A stretch of DNA of 64,000 nt from contig NW_003314421.1 in assembly GCF_000143415.4 (NCBI RefSeq), forward strand, positions 81,524 to 145,523, given 5' to 3'. Of the stretch, positions 1 to 12,095 are shown in pieces (position 1 is the first letter of the stretch; every line of letters begins with the position of its first letter). The DNA comes from Selaginella moellendorffii. Lineage: Eukaryota; Plantae; Lycopodiophyta. The position numbers and the translations under genes are program-made. The notes under the pieces are model-generated. The model worked only from the letters and a program-made list of their open reading frames with translations. It did no database searches and was not told the DNA's origin.

Positions 1-66
1 ATCACGATTTTGGTCATAGTGGCTTCTTCCCTCAAATGGCACATTCTTGCATAACTTTTCGCATCA

Positions 67-90
67 AAGCTCTATTTCGTTAAAGTGGGA
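67..90. repeat. Terminal inverted repeat (left, copy 1)
   Basis: AAGCTCTATTTCGTTAAAGTGGGA; an inverted TCCCACTT copy follows at 101-108. Confidence 0.9.
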
Positions 91-508
91 ATTGTCATTA
101 TCCCACTTGTAAAATAAGGTTTCCAAACCTTTATATAGTATATAAATATAACAAAATTCAACTGCATTGAGGCACATGCCATTTTATTTTAAACAAGGAA
201 ATGTCTACTCAATCACTTCTCCTCCCCCTGCCACTGCTTCACCTCTCTCTTCTCGTTGTCATCGTCGTCCAATTTCTTTCCATCCTTTTAATATTGGCTC
301 AGTTGCTCCGAGTCTAGGTGGAGCCCAAGTCCCCATTCAATCTTTACTTTCCCCTTATTAATAAAACAACTTCGTAGACTTCCAATAACATGCTGTAACA
401 CTTCTAGTATAATGCAAATCCTCTCAAAGAATTGTCTTTTAATATTAATACAATGGCATGGAACCCCATGCCATAATAAGTTACATTTTTAAATAAATAC
501 ATGCCATC

Positions 509-2214
509 TCAGACTGTTATTTTTTGCCTCCAACGCCTATACAATAATCTTGGAATTTCATCACTCTCCACACTATCAGGATTTAAACCCAATAGAAATG
601 CCATCTCTTCTCTAATACGTCCACGCTCACGTTCAGTGGTCGAAGAACCCATCCGGTTGAGCAGATTATGGAGATGCGGATAGTGCTTGGCTAGACAATA
701 TACATGCCATAAATGATGACTGGTGTCTGTCCGATCAAATGGCTTCTGATATACCGTTCCATCTGCCATTTGGTTGATTTCTGCAGCCACCTCCTGGACT
801 GGCCGGTTCTCTATCACCATCGCTTCAAGCCGTTTTGCAAGGTCCCCCAGAACATACGGTTTCTTCTCCCTAGTTTCCATACTGCAAGAGATGGGGTGCA
901 CTGCATATGTGTGCGTGTTCGCTACAGTTTTAATCGGCGAGTCATCGATGATGAGGATTTCACTTGACCTAGCAGTCCGGTTCATCACTACAGCCTCTGC
1001 CTTGACGAAGATGGGCTTGCTACCCCTCACATGGACCATAGTCAAGCAATCCTCCTGCGTTAGGAGAAAGTCAAATGGTAATATTACTCGCGTCTGATCG
1101 TGCATCATCTGTAGCAACGTTAATGCATTGTGGCGCATCATGGATGTCCAAACTCCCAATTGCAAATTGAACCCGGCCCTCTGTTTTAAGTGTCGCATGG
1201 TCATTATTAGATCCCGCAGTTTCTCCCGTGTGATTAATGTGAATCTGTCTCTTTTGACCAACTTGCGACCGCAGGCTTTGGAGGGTGCAGTGACATTCGA
1301 GGACGAGCCACGCTCATGGGAGAAAAGGACACCGTTCAGATCAAAAACGATACAGTACTTTCGCCGTGACTCTGAAATGAAATGCGTCAGCATAAAAAAT
1401 GGTACAAGTCAATTTTACCATCTACAATATTAGTGAATGGTGCTCCTGATGGTCGTTCAGAGGGTTTTGGTCGAGGAAACGTGAAGGGCGGAAATACTCT
1501 CCTCTGCAATATGGGGTCAATCGCATCCGATGGCGTGTGGGCACATGCCATTTCAGCTGTAGACTCTGGTACAACTGGCTCAACAGTGGCATGGGGTGGT
1601 TCCGATGGCGTGTGATCACACGCCATTTCAGCTGGTGCCTCCGTTGGCAAAGTGGACATGACCGAACAGGCAGCAGGGGCAGTGTAGGGTGGTTCCAACG
1701 GCGCGTAGTCAGACGATTGGGCACACGTTGAGTCCGTTGGAAATAAGGATACGACCGGCTCGGCGGCTGGGGCAGCCTCATGCGGGTCCAATGGCGCCTG
1801 GTCACCGTCAGTTGGATACGTGGACAAGATTGACTCAGTGGTATGGGCAGCATCAAGTGGAGCGTGGTCAGCTTGCTTGGCGTTGATATGGATAGTAGCC
1901 TCCACCAGCTCTGATGACTCTTGCAGGCAAGTAGAGTCCACTGGCGGATCCATATGCATGTCCAAATATCTCCCTTCGATTGAGATGGTATCCTCCCTAC
2001 TGGCTACTAAAAACAAACTCATTAGCACATTGAATCAACTATACTGTATTTACCATCAACTGCTATTGAGGAACTAGGACCGATATCACTTGAGCGCACT
2101 GCTGATTCTGAAGGATTGGACATACGTTTCGACCCCTTGCTTGGCACTATCCTTCCTCGACACTAAAGGCTAGAGTTTGTATCTTAATTCAACTGAATAA
2201 TCTCTACTTACCAT
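509..2214 (-). CDS. FCP1/NIF-like HAD-superfamily phosphatase-domain protein (multi-exon; catalytic exon within 509-1393), transposon cargo
   Basis: CIVFDLNGVLF (HAD motif I, DLNG variant), LGVWTS, ILIIDDSPIK motifs. The upstream Pro/Ala-rich ORF 1387-2028 splices in frame via a ~47-nt GT-AG intron. The 5' end is uncertain. Confidence 0.75.
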
Positions 2215-2275
2215 TTCTTCTGCGACCTACATGGACAATGTTAGAAATGGTAAAAGGTTAGGAATGGATGTACTA

Positions 2276-5200
2276 TTATTTACCTGATGGTTTGTCTTGT
2301 ATGACCTTCCTCCGCTGCTCTTTGGCCACCTCAGGCTGGCCATCATCGTCATCATCGTCATCGTCGTTATTGTGATCGTCACCATTGTGAGGACCATCCA
2401 AGTCCTCTTCGTCCTCCTCTTCTTCGTCCTCCTCTTCTTCGTCCTCCTCTTCTTCGTCCTCCTCTTCGTCCTTCTGCTCTTCCTGCTCATTATCTTTCTC
2501 TGGCTCCTCATCCCCCTCTTGCATTTCTTCCATAGGCTGCTCAGGCTGGATTGCTTGTTTTTCCAGGACCATCTTGGAAAAATCATCTGGCCGAGTCTCC
2601 ATCTCAAAATACAAGACATCCATAGCCTGTTTTAGTGCGTGACCTAGGACCGTATCCTCACCCGACTGTCTTAACATGGTTTCTGCACGTTCTTGCACCC
2701 TTCGAAGACGACGAGATGAGAAAAACGTGGCCCTGACTTGAAAAGCATCCCTCATCCATTGTACCTCTCCATTGAGATTGGGGAAGGGGAGTCCGCCATA
2801 GGAATCTGAGTCAGAAGGTGGTGACTGGCTCCTTTCACTCAGCCCTTGATCTGCAATGAATGGCATGAGCACACACGCCATAACCGCGAGGCATTACCTA
2901 TCATCTTTTCGTTGCCCTTCTTCCTTTTCGAATCAAATGCCTCTGATCCCGACGACTGTCCAACGTGCTTTCGCTTTTTATGACCACTGTCAGTTTGAGC
3001 TTGGCTGGTGCTTGCCTGTTTTGCCTTTGAAGAAGTGTCTCCTGCAAGGAATGGCATGAGACCACACGCCATTGCAAATATAATTTGTACCTCCTTTTTT
3101 CCTATTGCTTGTCTGTTTGTCCTTCTTCGACGCGCCACCAGTGCGCTTTTCAGTCCTCGTGTCTGAATATTCACAACGATCTATAATCAAAATGGCGTGA
3201 GGCCTCACGTGACCTTACCTTGTGCAGGTTGTGACCTCGGCCTAACATCAGTAGCTGTTAACGCCGTTTCAGCATCTGGGGGTGGCCACGCTCCTGCATA
3301 CAGAGCTTGTGAGATAACATTTAAACTTAAAGTGCGTACTCACCAGGTTCGTAGAGAAGATACTGTTTTTCTTTGGAAACTGTAATTATATGCTCCATTG
3401 AAGTCACCTCTTCAATGGAGTTTGTCACCGCAACACACGGGACACCCTTGAGTAGTGCGGCTCGAAAGAATAGTCCGCCGCAGTTGTACTCGACAACGCA
3501 TTTGCCCTTGGAGTCACCCGCTATTGCGTTGAAGACCCAGCTGAGCATTTCCCATGCTGCACCTGGAGCTTTCTTTGGATTCAAAAGCTCCATAGCCGTC
3601 TTCAGTTCCTCAGGCACGGGTAAATTGACCTCCCTCAGATCAATTCGATTGGCCTTGTCGAACGAAGCTGGGAAGTCACTCCAGTCCCACTCTGCTGCAG
3701 GACCAATAACAAGGGCGAGTGTGAAGATGCGGACATTCGTCGGTATCTTCTTCTTAGCCATTATACCATGGATCTCCTGCATCTCCTTGCCTTTCAACCG
3801 AGCCTTCACCTCGTTCAAGGCCTTCCAGAACTTGTGATAGGATTCGGAGTCGTAGATCATATAGTGGACTGAAGATTCCACCTCCGCAAGTCCCACCATT
3901 AAGTCAATGATGGAGCTGACTTCGTCTACATGAGTGATCTCCTCGTTTGTGAAGTCCATCACACAAAAGATGTTCTTGACCTGCTCATCTCCGCGGGAAA
4001 CGATGCTCCTCCACCTTTGATCCTCATCCGAATTCACGTATACCCGGTAAGGTTCTTGATAGGCCTCTGCTGCGGGGTCGAGCTGTTTCTGAAGCCGGCG
4101 GTCGACATCCCTCTTAATGAAATTTGGATACTGATCCAACTTCTCAGCTTTACTTTTCGTGGCATCCCGCAGCAGATCGATGAACTTGGGGGCCCCCTTC
4201 ACGTAGTCGTCGATGTCTTCATTTGACAAGTCCAGCTCTTCACCACGTAGAAGAGCATTAGCCACTGTCAGAAGGTCGTCGTCGTCTAGAGACCGCGAGA
4301 AACGCAAGGCGTTGAGCTTCAAATCATTGGGCTTCCGGCCGTCCTCCACACCCATTGAGTTTAGCAACTCCCCGTCATGGTACTTCCTCAGCACATCTAC
4401 CCATTTGTCAAAAACAACTTTTGTCGCGAGTAGAATGTTATGGATGCTGAGTGTGTCATTGACCCCCAGTGTTTTCGAGAGAAGACTCGAGAATTCCTGC
4501 AATGGAAATGGCGTGAGGCCACATGCTATGCCACATGCAAGGAGGCTTACCTGCCAGGCGCTAGTTGCTAGTGCACGTCCTTGTCCTGGTTTTTGTGGCT
4601 TCTTCAGTTGAACCCAGAGCTTCCGTGTTCGTGCCAATGTCTCGTGCAGACCCGATTTGTAGCACGTTTTTTGCTTGACATTCTGCGCGTGGGAGATGTA
4701 TATGATAGATCGGAGGGGCGAGTTGCCTTTTATCAGGCGGACAACTCTTGTCTTGAAGACTTTCTTCACCTCCTCGCCCACCATAATATCCACAACTATC
4801 TGTTGCATCGCCAAGCTAGAATGCTGCCCGGAGACGGCATAGAACCGGATGTTCTGATCGTCCAACACCTTCCTATTGATCAAGTCTGGAAACCTCGTCT
4901 CGCCCTTCATTGTTCGGTAGTAGGGGATCACGTCTGCGATGTCGGGTGTTACTGGACTTGCCAGCATCTTCTGCTTCAGTTTCTCCACCCACTCATCAGA
5001 TACTAGCCTGTGGTTGTATTTGCTTTGGATGTCGATACGGCNNNNNNNNNNNNNNNNNNNNNNNNNNNNNNNNNNNNNNNNNNNNNNNNNNNNNNNNNNN
5101 NNNNNNNNNNNNNNNNNNNNNNNNNNNNNNNNNNNNNNNNNCAACTACTATTATCTGCGACGATTTTTGCTGCCTCTTCTTGCTCTTTCTGCTCTTTGCG

Positions 5201-6033
5201 GCTCTTCTTTTTGGTGGGTGTAGTGTTCGAACCCGAGGCAATGGCATCACCGAGTAGCTTCTTTTTTGGAGCAGCAGAGTCGGACGTCGGCTTGAGCTTG
5301 ACCACCCTTTTCTGCTTCGGGGTAGTTTCCAGATCGACCCCCTTCCCCTTCGCTTCGCAAACTGGAGGCACTCTCAACGGCTCAATGTTGGAATATAGTT
5401 TTTGAACATCGCCGTAGGTGAGGTCCGTGGATTCCATGTGATCTTCATAGACCCGTAGCGTCTTTGAAATTGTGGGCCTCCTGGACAACCTCTCCCTAGC
5501 TCCCTCTAGGAATTCCTGATAGCCGCTGTCCCCCTCCGGGAAGCCGCTAGGATGTGCAAGGTGGATCTTGAAGGCGGACGCTGTCTCTACCACAAGTGCC
5601 AGTCCATATTCTTGCATGGAACTGCATGGAGTGTCTGTCACTTGGATGAGGATCCCCATGCATTCTTTTCTCCCACCATCTGTGTTGTACAGCATCAGAT
5701 CCTCACCTTCCATCCCGAAAGTCTAACTGGTGAGCTCCTCCCCCTTCTCTGCATCCACATTGACAGTGGCTGGAAGAAGAACGCAATTCCTCGCCTGTTC
5801 AGAAATGCACAACAATTAGAGCTGACAGATGAAAAGCTAGCAACTAGAAATAACGTGAGGCCACACGCCATTCACCACTGCATCAGATGTCTTGAGGCTG
5901 CATCCTAAGATAGCGTGAGGCTACACGCCATCTGTAACCGGATTGCACTCGAGAGCCCAATCGGTGCATGCCAATGTTGCTACTGAATGGCATGTGGCCT
6001 CATGCCATTTTCTACTTGGCCTAAAAGACTTAC
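2276..6033 (-). CDS. Multi-exon ParB-like/methyltransferase-like protein with acidic C-terminal region, copy 1 (internal deletions, assembly gap, one stop)
   Basis: ORFs 5003-5713, 3327-5144, 2276-2881. ParB/Srx-like segment RIDIQSKYNHRLVSDEWVEKLKQKM…FYAVSGQHSSLAM. C-terminal NPKK…LSWVF…GKCVVEYNCGGLFFRAALLKGVPCVAV resembles a degenerate SAM-binding end of an amino-MTase. ~50-nt introns join the exons in frame. Confidence 0.6.
5042..5141. other. Assembly gap (100 N)
   Basis: Run of N. Confidence 0.99.
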
Positions 6034-6246
6034 CATTTGAAGCCGAATGGAGGCCGTGACAATCGAGGCCGGACTCGCTGGCGAATGTGCACTGTGTGTG
6101 CAGCGGATCGTAGCAGCAAGGCTACTCTGCCACTTACAGTTGGAGAGTGGCGCTGAAATCTCCCGGGACGCCAAGTGGGCTGCGTGTGGGTGGCGGAGTG
6201 GGCGGCGGAGTTGGCGGCGAAGTTACAAACTGGGTGTGTCTTGAAG

Positions 6247-6425
6247 TGGACGCCGATGCACACGAGCGCGATGCGAGCGCGAGTGTGATGCAAGCGCGAG
6301 TGGACGCCGATGCACACGAGAAACCTGTAGAGAAGGCGCGAATGTGAGCGTGATCGCGAGTGGGAGCGCGATGCGAGCGCGAGTGTGATGCGAGCGCGAG
6401 CGCGAGTGTGATGCAAGCGCGAGTA
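6247..6425. repeat. CpG-rich short tandem repeats (GCGCGAGTGTGATGC-like) upstream of the ParB-like gene
   Basis: Imperfect repeats of gagcgcgatgcgagcgcgagtgtgatgc; counterpart at 26465-26620. Confidence 0.7.
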
Positions 6426-8953
6426 CGAAGCAAAATGCAAAACCTAACCTCACACGCGCGAAATGTCACAAAGGTTGGTAATCCCGCCACGTCATCATTC
6501 CTCGGACTTGGGCGCCACCATTAATTTCTGGATTTCCGCGCGCATGCAAGCACGCAAAATCCAAAAGAAATCCACAACGTCATCATTCCTCGGACTGCAT
6601 GCACGCGAAATCCAAAAGAAAGATCATGATTGGGATATCATTTAATACCCTCGCTATATTTATACCATGCATGATTGGATATTCCAAAGCATCTTGTATT
6701 TCCAAAAATGGCAGATGTTCAGCTAAATAAAGAAATTCTATCTGTTTCTATTTTTCTCTCAAATCAATATTATAGCGTGTGGGCTCATGCAATTTTGAAC
6801 CAAAGAAACCCAAAAAACGTTGGACCCAAAATAATTTGAAAAAACCCAAAAAACCCTAAACATTTTAAACCCAAAAATCCAGGCGTCCTGTGGCGTTATT
6901 CCTTGAATGGCGTGTGGGCGCATGCCATTTTCAGGGCCAAATGCTGAATGGAGAAAAATTCCCTTTCAGTGCAAATGCTGCAAGAGGCAGATGCCGAGCA
7001 CAAAGGACTGTAACTACCTCACATGACACAGATAAACTTTTCTCTATTTGGCAAAGATAAACTTTATAGCGTGTGGGCTCATGCAATTTTGAACCCAAAA
7101 AATGCACCAAAAAATTCTCGGCGTCATCTGGCGTTATCTCTTGAATGGCGTGGGGCCGCATGCCATTTTCAGGGGCACATAGGAGTATATTCCTAGAATA
7201 TTCTGACACGCGTGAGATTTTTTTGAGTTTTCTGGAGATCCAACCGTTAGATCGCAACTATATTTTACAGAATGGTATACAATGTCTTTCTTGATGACTC
7301 TGCAAAGAAGCATCTCGATCGGACACCACATGAGACCACACGAGCCTTACAATGTTTCAGGGGCATTTGCCATAGATCCGACCGTTATTTTTCTCCAAGA
7401 TTTTACAGTTTGGTGTGCATTGACCTTTCCATCGACACTGCAAAGGGACATCACAATCAGATGCGGGATCACAAGAAACTAACTTCACTAACTCTGGTTT
7501 CACCAAGATCTACGTAATGAGTTATGAAATGAAAGGACCCTCTCTATTAAAATGTGTTTATGGTCCTAGGGGCATTGTGACATATCAAAGGATTTTGCAT
7601 CAAGTTCTGTATTTGCATGTTTATCAAGCTACTGAATTGCTAAACCCTAAACCCTAAACATGTGGCAAATGCTGCGTGAAGAAAGATGCCCTTTCTGGGC
7701 AAATGCTGTAAGAGGCAGATGCCGAGCAGATGTATCTCAGGCTAGCGAAGGGGACAAACGAAAGCTAGCTATAAACATGACGGGATGCAAATAGATTACT
7801 AGGCTGGTCCTACGAAAATCAAAAACCATAATTGAAAACATTGAAAATGCAAAAAGAAAGGTTTATAATATTTTTGAATTTTAAGCAACCAAAGGAATGT
7901 AAGTAGGGCATGTGTTTGTAAGTTTAAAAATGCCTCAACCACTTAAATTCCCAAGTAAATAAAGCTGTTTCTATTTTTGGTACAGGTAAACTTTATAGCG
8001 TGTGGGCTCATGCAATTTTGAACCCAGAAATGCACCAAAAAATGCTCGACTAGCATTATTCTTTGAATGGCGTGTGGCCTTATATTGCCATAAATGGACG
8101 TACACACACAGCATAATTATTCCTTTACACGGCGAATAATCTTGGCGCGGATCGCTGACATGGCATGGCAAAGTTCGAATCACTGACATGGCACAGCTGG
8201 ATCGAGGCAAGGACATGATGTGACAAAGTTCAACCTCCGACAGCAAAGTCTAGAAGCTACTCAGTTTGAAATTTGTCAGAGGAATCATAAAATCTGGTTT
8301 GTCAGAGGATTTGATGTGACGTTCAAGCGTGTGTTATTTTTGAATTCTCGAACTCATTCCTAGGTCTATCATTTTTGTGCGCCGTGTTCTTGGTTCCGCT
8401 GAGCGCAGTGAGCGCTGCTTGTGTAAGCGGCGTTGTGGGCTGTGGTTTATGCGTCTACGAGCGGTTGCGGCATTGCGAGCGCCATTGCGAGCGGCAGTTT
8501 ATGCGAGTGGCAGTTTGTGCGAGCGGCGCTACGAGCAGTTGCGGTGTTGCGAGCGGCGCTACGAGTAGTTGCGGTGTTGCGAGCGGCACTGTCTTTGGTG
8601 TGGCTACCGCTTCCTCTTGATATTCGGCACTTGTGCTTCCTGTTATGTTCACCATGGAATGGCTTAGGACCACATTTAGAAATGGCATGAGGCCACATGC
8701 CATCTTGGGCCCTTGCAATTTCATGGCTAGCGTATTGTCATGTATGTTTTTACTTGCCTGCAGCTGTGTGTATATCAAGATGGCATGAGGCCTCATGCCA
8801 ATTTTGTGAATGCGAAATTTCACGTGGGTGTCAATAGCATGTTTGAATAATGGCATGTGGCCTCATGCTATTGAGGTTGTTTGGTATGTTATGATTTAGG
8901 CCATTCTCCAATCATTTTTTATATGGTCTTAACTTCTTTTCTGCACTTTCAGA

Positions 8954-11900
8954 ATGGCCTTCAGGGTTGGGGAAAAGGTTTACATTTTGAATGGTGGGAA
9001 GAGAGTTGCAAAAGGGACCCTTGTGTCTATGGATCGGAACTTTGTTATACACTGTCAAAGGCTTGGGGAAGGCAATGCTGCTGTATCAGTAGAGACTGTC
9101 TTCGATGGGAATGTGGTCGCTATTGAACGAGGAGAGATGGTCGTCGGGGTAAATGTTGTTGTTGCCTTGAAAAATCTTCAGAAGAAAGCAGATGTTGGGG
9201 ACAGCGCAAGTGCGACGCATGTTCCCTCCGTGGATCTTAAGAACCGTGCTACATGGATTCAGGCAAAGGTGTTTCTAAACAACCCCGAGGGGTAGGTGGT
9301 AGCTGAGGGCTTAGCCACAGTTGTCGATCCAAGAGATGCGGTTGCTAATCAAGAATTGGGCTGGGATGATATTGGAGTTGTGATTTTAGAGGTTGTTGAC
9401 ACAGAAGAAAACAGTCTGACTATTGGAAGCATTGTGCGGTGGAAATTGAGGCACTTAGTGTTTGAGAATGTGAAGGATTCACAATCAAACACCACTACAA
9501 CTGATGACAGAACATCTCTTCATGGGAAAAGAAAGTACACCTTCCTAAAGCGCAGCCAAAGGGATCTGAGCAACGAACCGAAAAGGCAGAAAATGGCGAT
9601 GGAGGTTCGAATGGTCTTAACAGTTGCTTGTTGCAAGAGGAGGTGCTGTCAACATGCTGATTGGGATGCTATTGAAGAGGAGAGAGCAAGATACAAGACA
9701 TTGTCCTGGAAGGCAGCTCGCAATTTTGTGTATGAGGCATTACGGTCATTTGTTGATGCTTCAGAACATCAGGTGGGGGGCATGGTCTTCCAGAGGGGTT
9801 TGGTCTGCATGAAGGCATGGAGAATCATTTATGGAGTCCCTCGAAGCACATTCTACAGAATCAAAACTGAGTTCGAGGAACAAAGGGTTCAACAGGCAGT
9901 CCATGGGAACGACAGTACGCACAAAACCAGGGGTCATTTTGTATATGGAGAGGCAATCTTCAAGAGGTTTGTCGAGACATGTAGCGAGCAGCAACCACAT
10001 AAAACCTGCCTCTTGGAAGATGGAACACGAGACACCCAACGAGTTCTCCCTTCCATGTATACCAAGGGGGCCATATTGGAAGATGTGAATCGGGAACTCC
10101 AGAGTAATGGCTACAGGAAGCTGAGCCAATCTAGATTTAGTAGATTGTGGAGCAACAGGTTCAGGGATGTGAGTATAGGAAAGTACTCCAGCTTTTCAAA
10201 GTGTGACGAGTGCACTGCTATCAAAATGGCTTTGTCGAAGAATTCTTGCAGCGCTCAAGAGCGAGAGACGTTGGTTAGAAGGCGGCTCGACCACAACATC
10301 GAGCAGAGAAGCTGCAGGACTGCATATTATCATAACAGGATTCTCTCCATGGAGAGACCTGACTCTTACCTCTGCATCATCCACGACAAAATGGACCAGA
10401 AAAAGACGTGCTTACCTCGACTCAATCCTGCCCCCAAGGCAATCTCTTCATCCATGCAGCTGCCTGTGTCTCTGTTTGGCATAATCGCTCATGGGCATGG
10501 TGCCCAGAACTATGGGAACTTCTTTGTACCTCTATGGGGTGGCGGGGGTGCAAACATGATGATTGCGTCCCTAGCAAAACACTTAAGGTCTCTGCAAAGT
10601 GTGCAGACTGAGCTGAATGGCCAACCCTTGCATAAGGCCCTTGTCGATCGAACCCCATACAGGGTTCAGCTGGAGGAGGAGCAAAGGCTTGCAGTATCGC
10701 GTGGGGCCCCATGCCATCCCAGTGAATATGTTGGCCATCAGATTGTAGGGTTATCACGTGAGGCCTCATGCCATTCCGACGAGGCTGGTCGCCCGGTGAA
10801 TGCACAGCCTCATCCAAACGAAGCAGAATCTCAAGGAAGTTCTTGCGGCCGATGTGGCCTTCCACCCCATCTTCTGCTCCAAACAGACAATGCTGGCAGT
10901 GAGAACAAAAACATGTACGTCTTCGCGTACTTGGCGATGCTTGTTGCCAAAGGCATATTTGAAACGGTTACACTTGGCTTTCTCATGGTTGGGCACACTC
11001 ATGAAGACGTGGATGCCATGTTCAGTCACCTGGCAGAGTCCCTCCGGCGATCCAATGTCCTCACCCTCCCACAACTCTACGATGAATTCCAAAATTGCAT
11101 CAAAGGCACTGTTGAAGCTGCACTTCTGACAGAGGTTCCAGACTTTAAGGGGTTTGTAAGAGGCTACATCAGGGACGGATCCGAAATGCTGATTGGCCAC
11201 TCCAAGCCTCTTCAGTTTCATTTCAGCATGCGTGACGGTGCTCTAGTGATGAGGTACAAGATGAGAGAATGGGACACAGTGTGGCTGCCAGTGGACGGCA
11301 TTGAACTCTTCAAGAGAGATCCCATAATTGGGGAACCTATAATTCCTCAAGGTTCCCCACGGCCGATGCACCCGGATGGACTCAAAGACCAGGAAAGTAT
11401 AGTGGCCGGGATTAGACAGCATATTGCCTTTTGGAAGAGGGGGTTGGTGTTTGGTGGAGAATCCTATTTTCAGAGGTGCAAGCCTTTGCTCGAATACTGG
11501 GAGAAGATTATATCTGCTATCCAAAATGGGCCGGTTGTATATGAAGAATTGGAAGAGTCCTTTTGGCCAGAACCCAGAGCACCAGATAGTAGCGGAACAA
11601 TTTCCTTTGGAAATGCAGTGACAGATAACGATGTTGAGGATCACTATTGTGGGCCGAGGAACAAGAAGCCGGATTCAGCATTCAATCCAGTACAGGTCTG
11701 CAAAGGAATGGTCGTGCTTGTCAGACCCAGTAATAAAAAACAAATGATATGGGTGGGGCGCTGCATCACTGATGCAGAGGAGGATGCGGAAACTAACTCC
11801 TTCAATGTAACTGTGGAGTGGTTCAAGCCAAGTTCCGAATATACGAAGGATTGCCTAGAAAAGAGATGGGTGTTGAATCCAAGGGATCCCAGCATGAGCA

Positions 11901-12095
11901 TATCGGTGGATAATGTTGTGCATGGTTGGATGCGGAAGCAGAGTGCCACCATCACCTTGCCAGACCATGCAAAAGATGCAGCAAGAGCATTCATAACCCG
12001 GGTTCAAGGTGAGATTCATTAATATTCCTTTACTAAGTTTCTAATGTATTTTATTTCAAGGTGAACAATCCGAATCTGAATCAGAGGAGGCGTGA
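8954..12095 (+). CDS. Sola-like DDE transposase, copy 1 (premature TAG at 9293-9295; short terminal exon 12061-12095)
   Basis: ORFs 8954-9295 and 9296-12022. Motifs FSKCDEC, HDKMDQKK, LQTDNAGSENKN, FLMVGHTHEDVDAMF, typical of Sola-related transposases. Copy 2 has GAG where copy 1 has TAG. Putative intron 12009-12060 gives the end …RVQGEQSESESEEA*. Confidence 0.82.

Noticed and set aside
1-21. Possible CACTA right end (TAGTG at 17-21) where gypsy homology stops
   Set aside because: Only 21 bp visible; cannot be supported within this window.
6030-6490. Overlapping Arg/Ala/His-rich ORFs
   Set aside because: Derived from CpG-rich short repeats.
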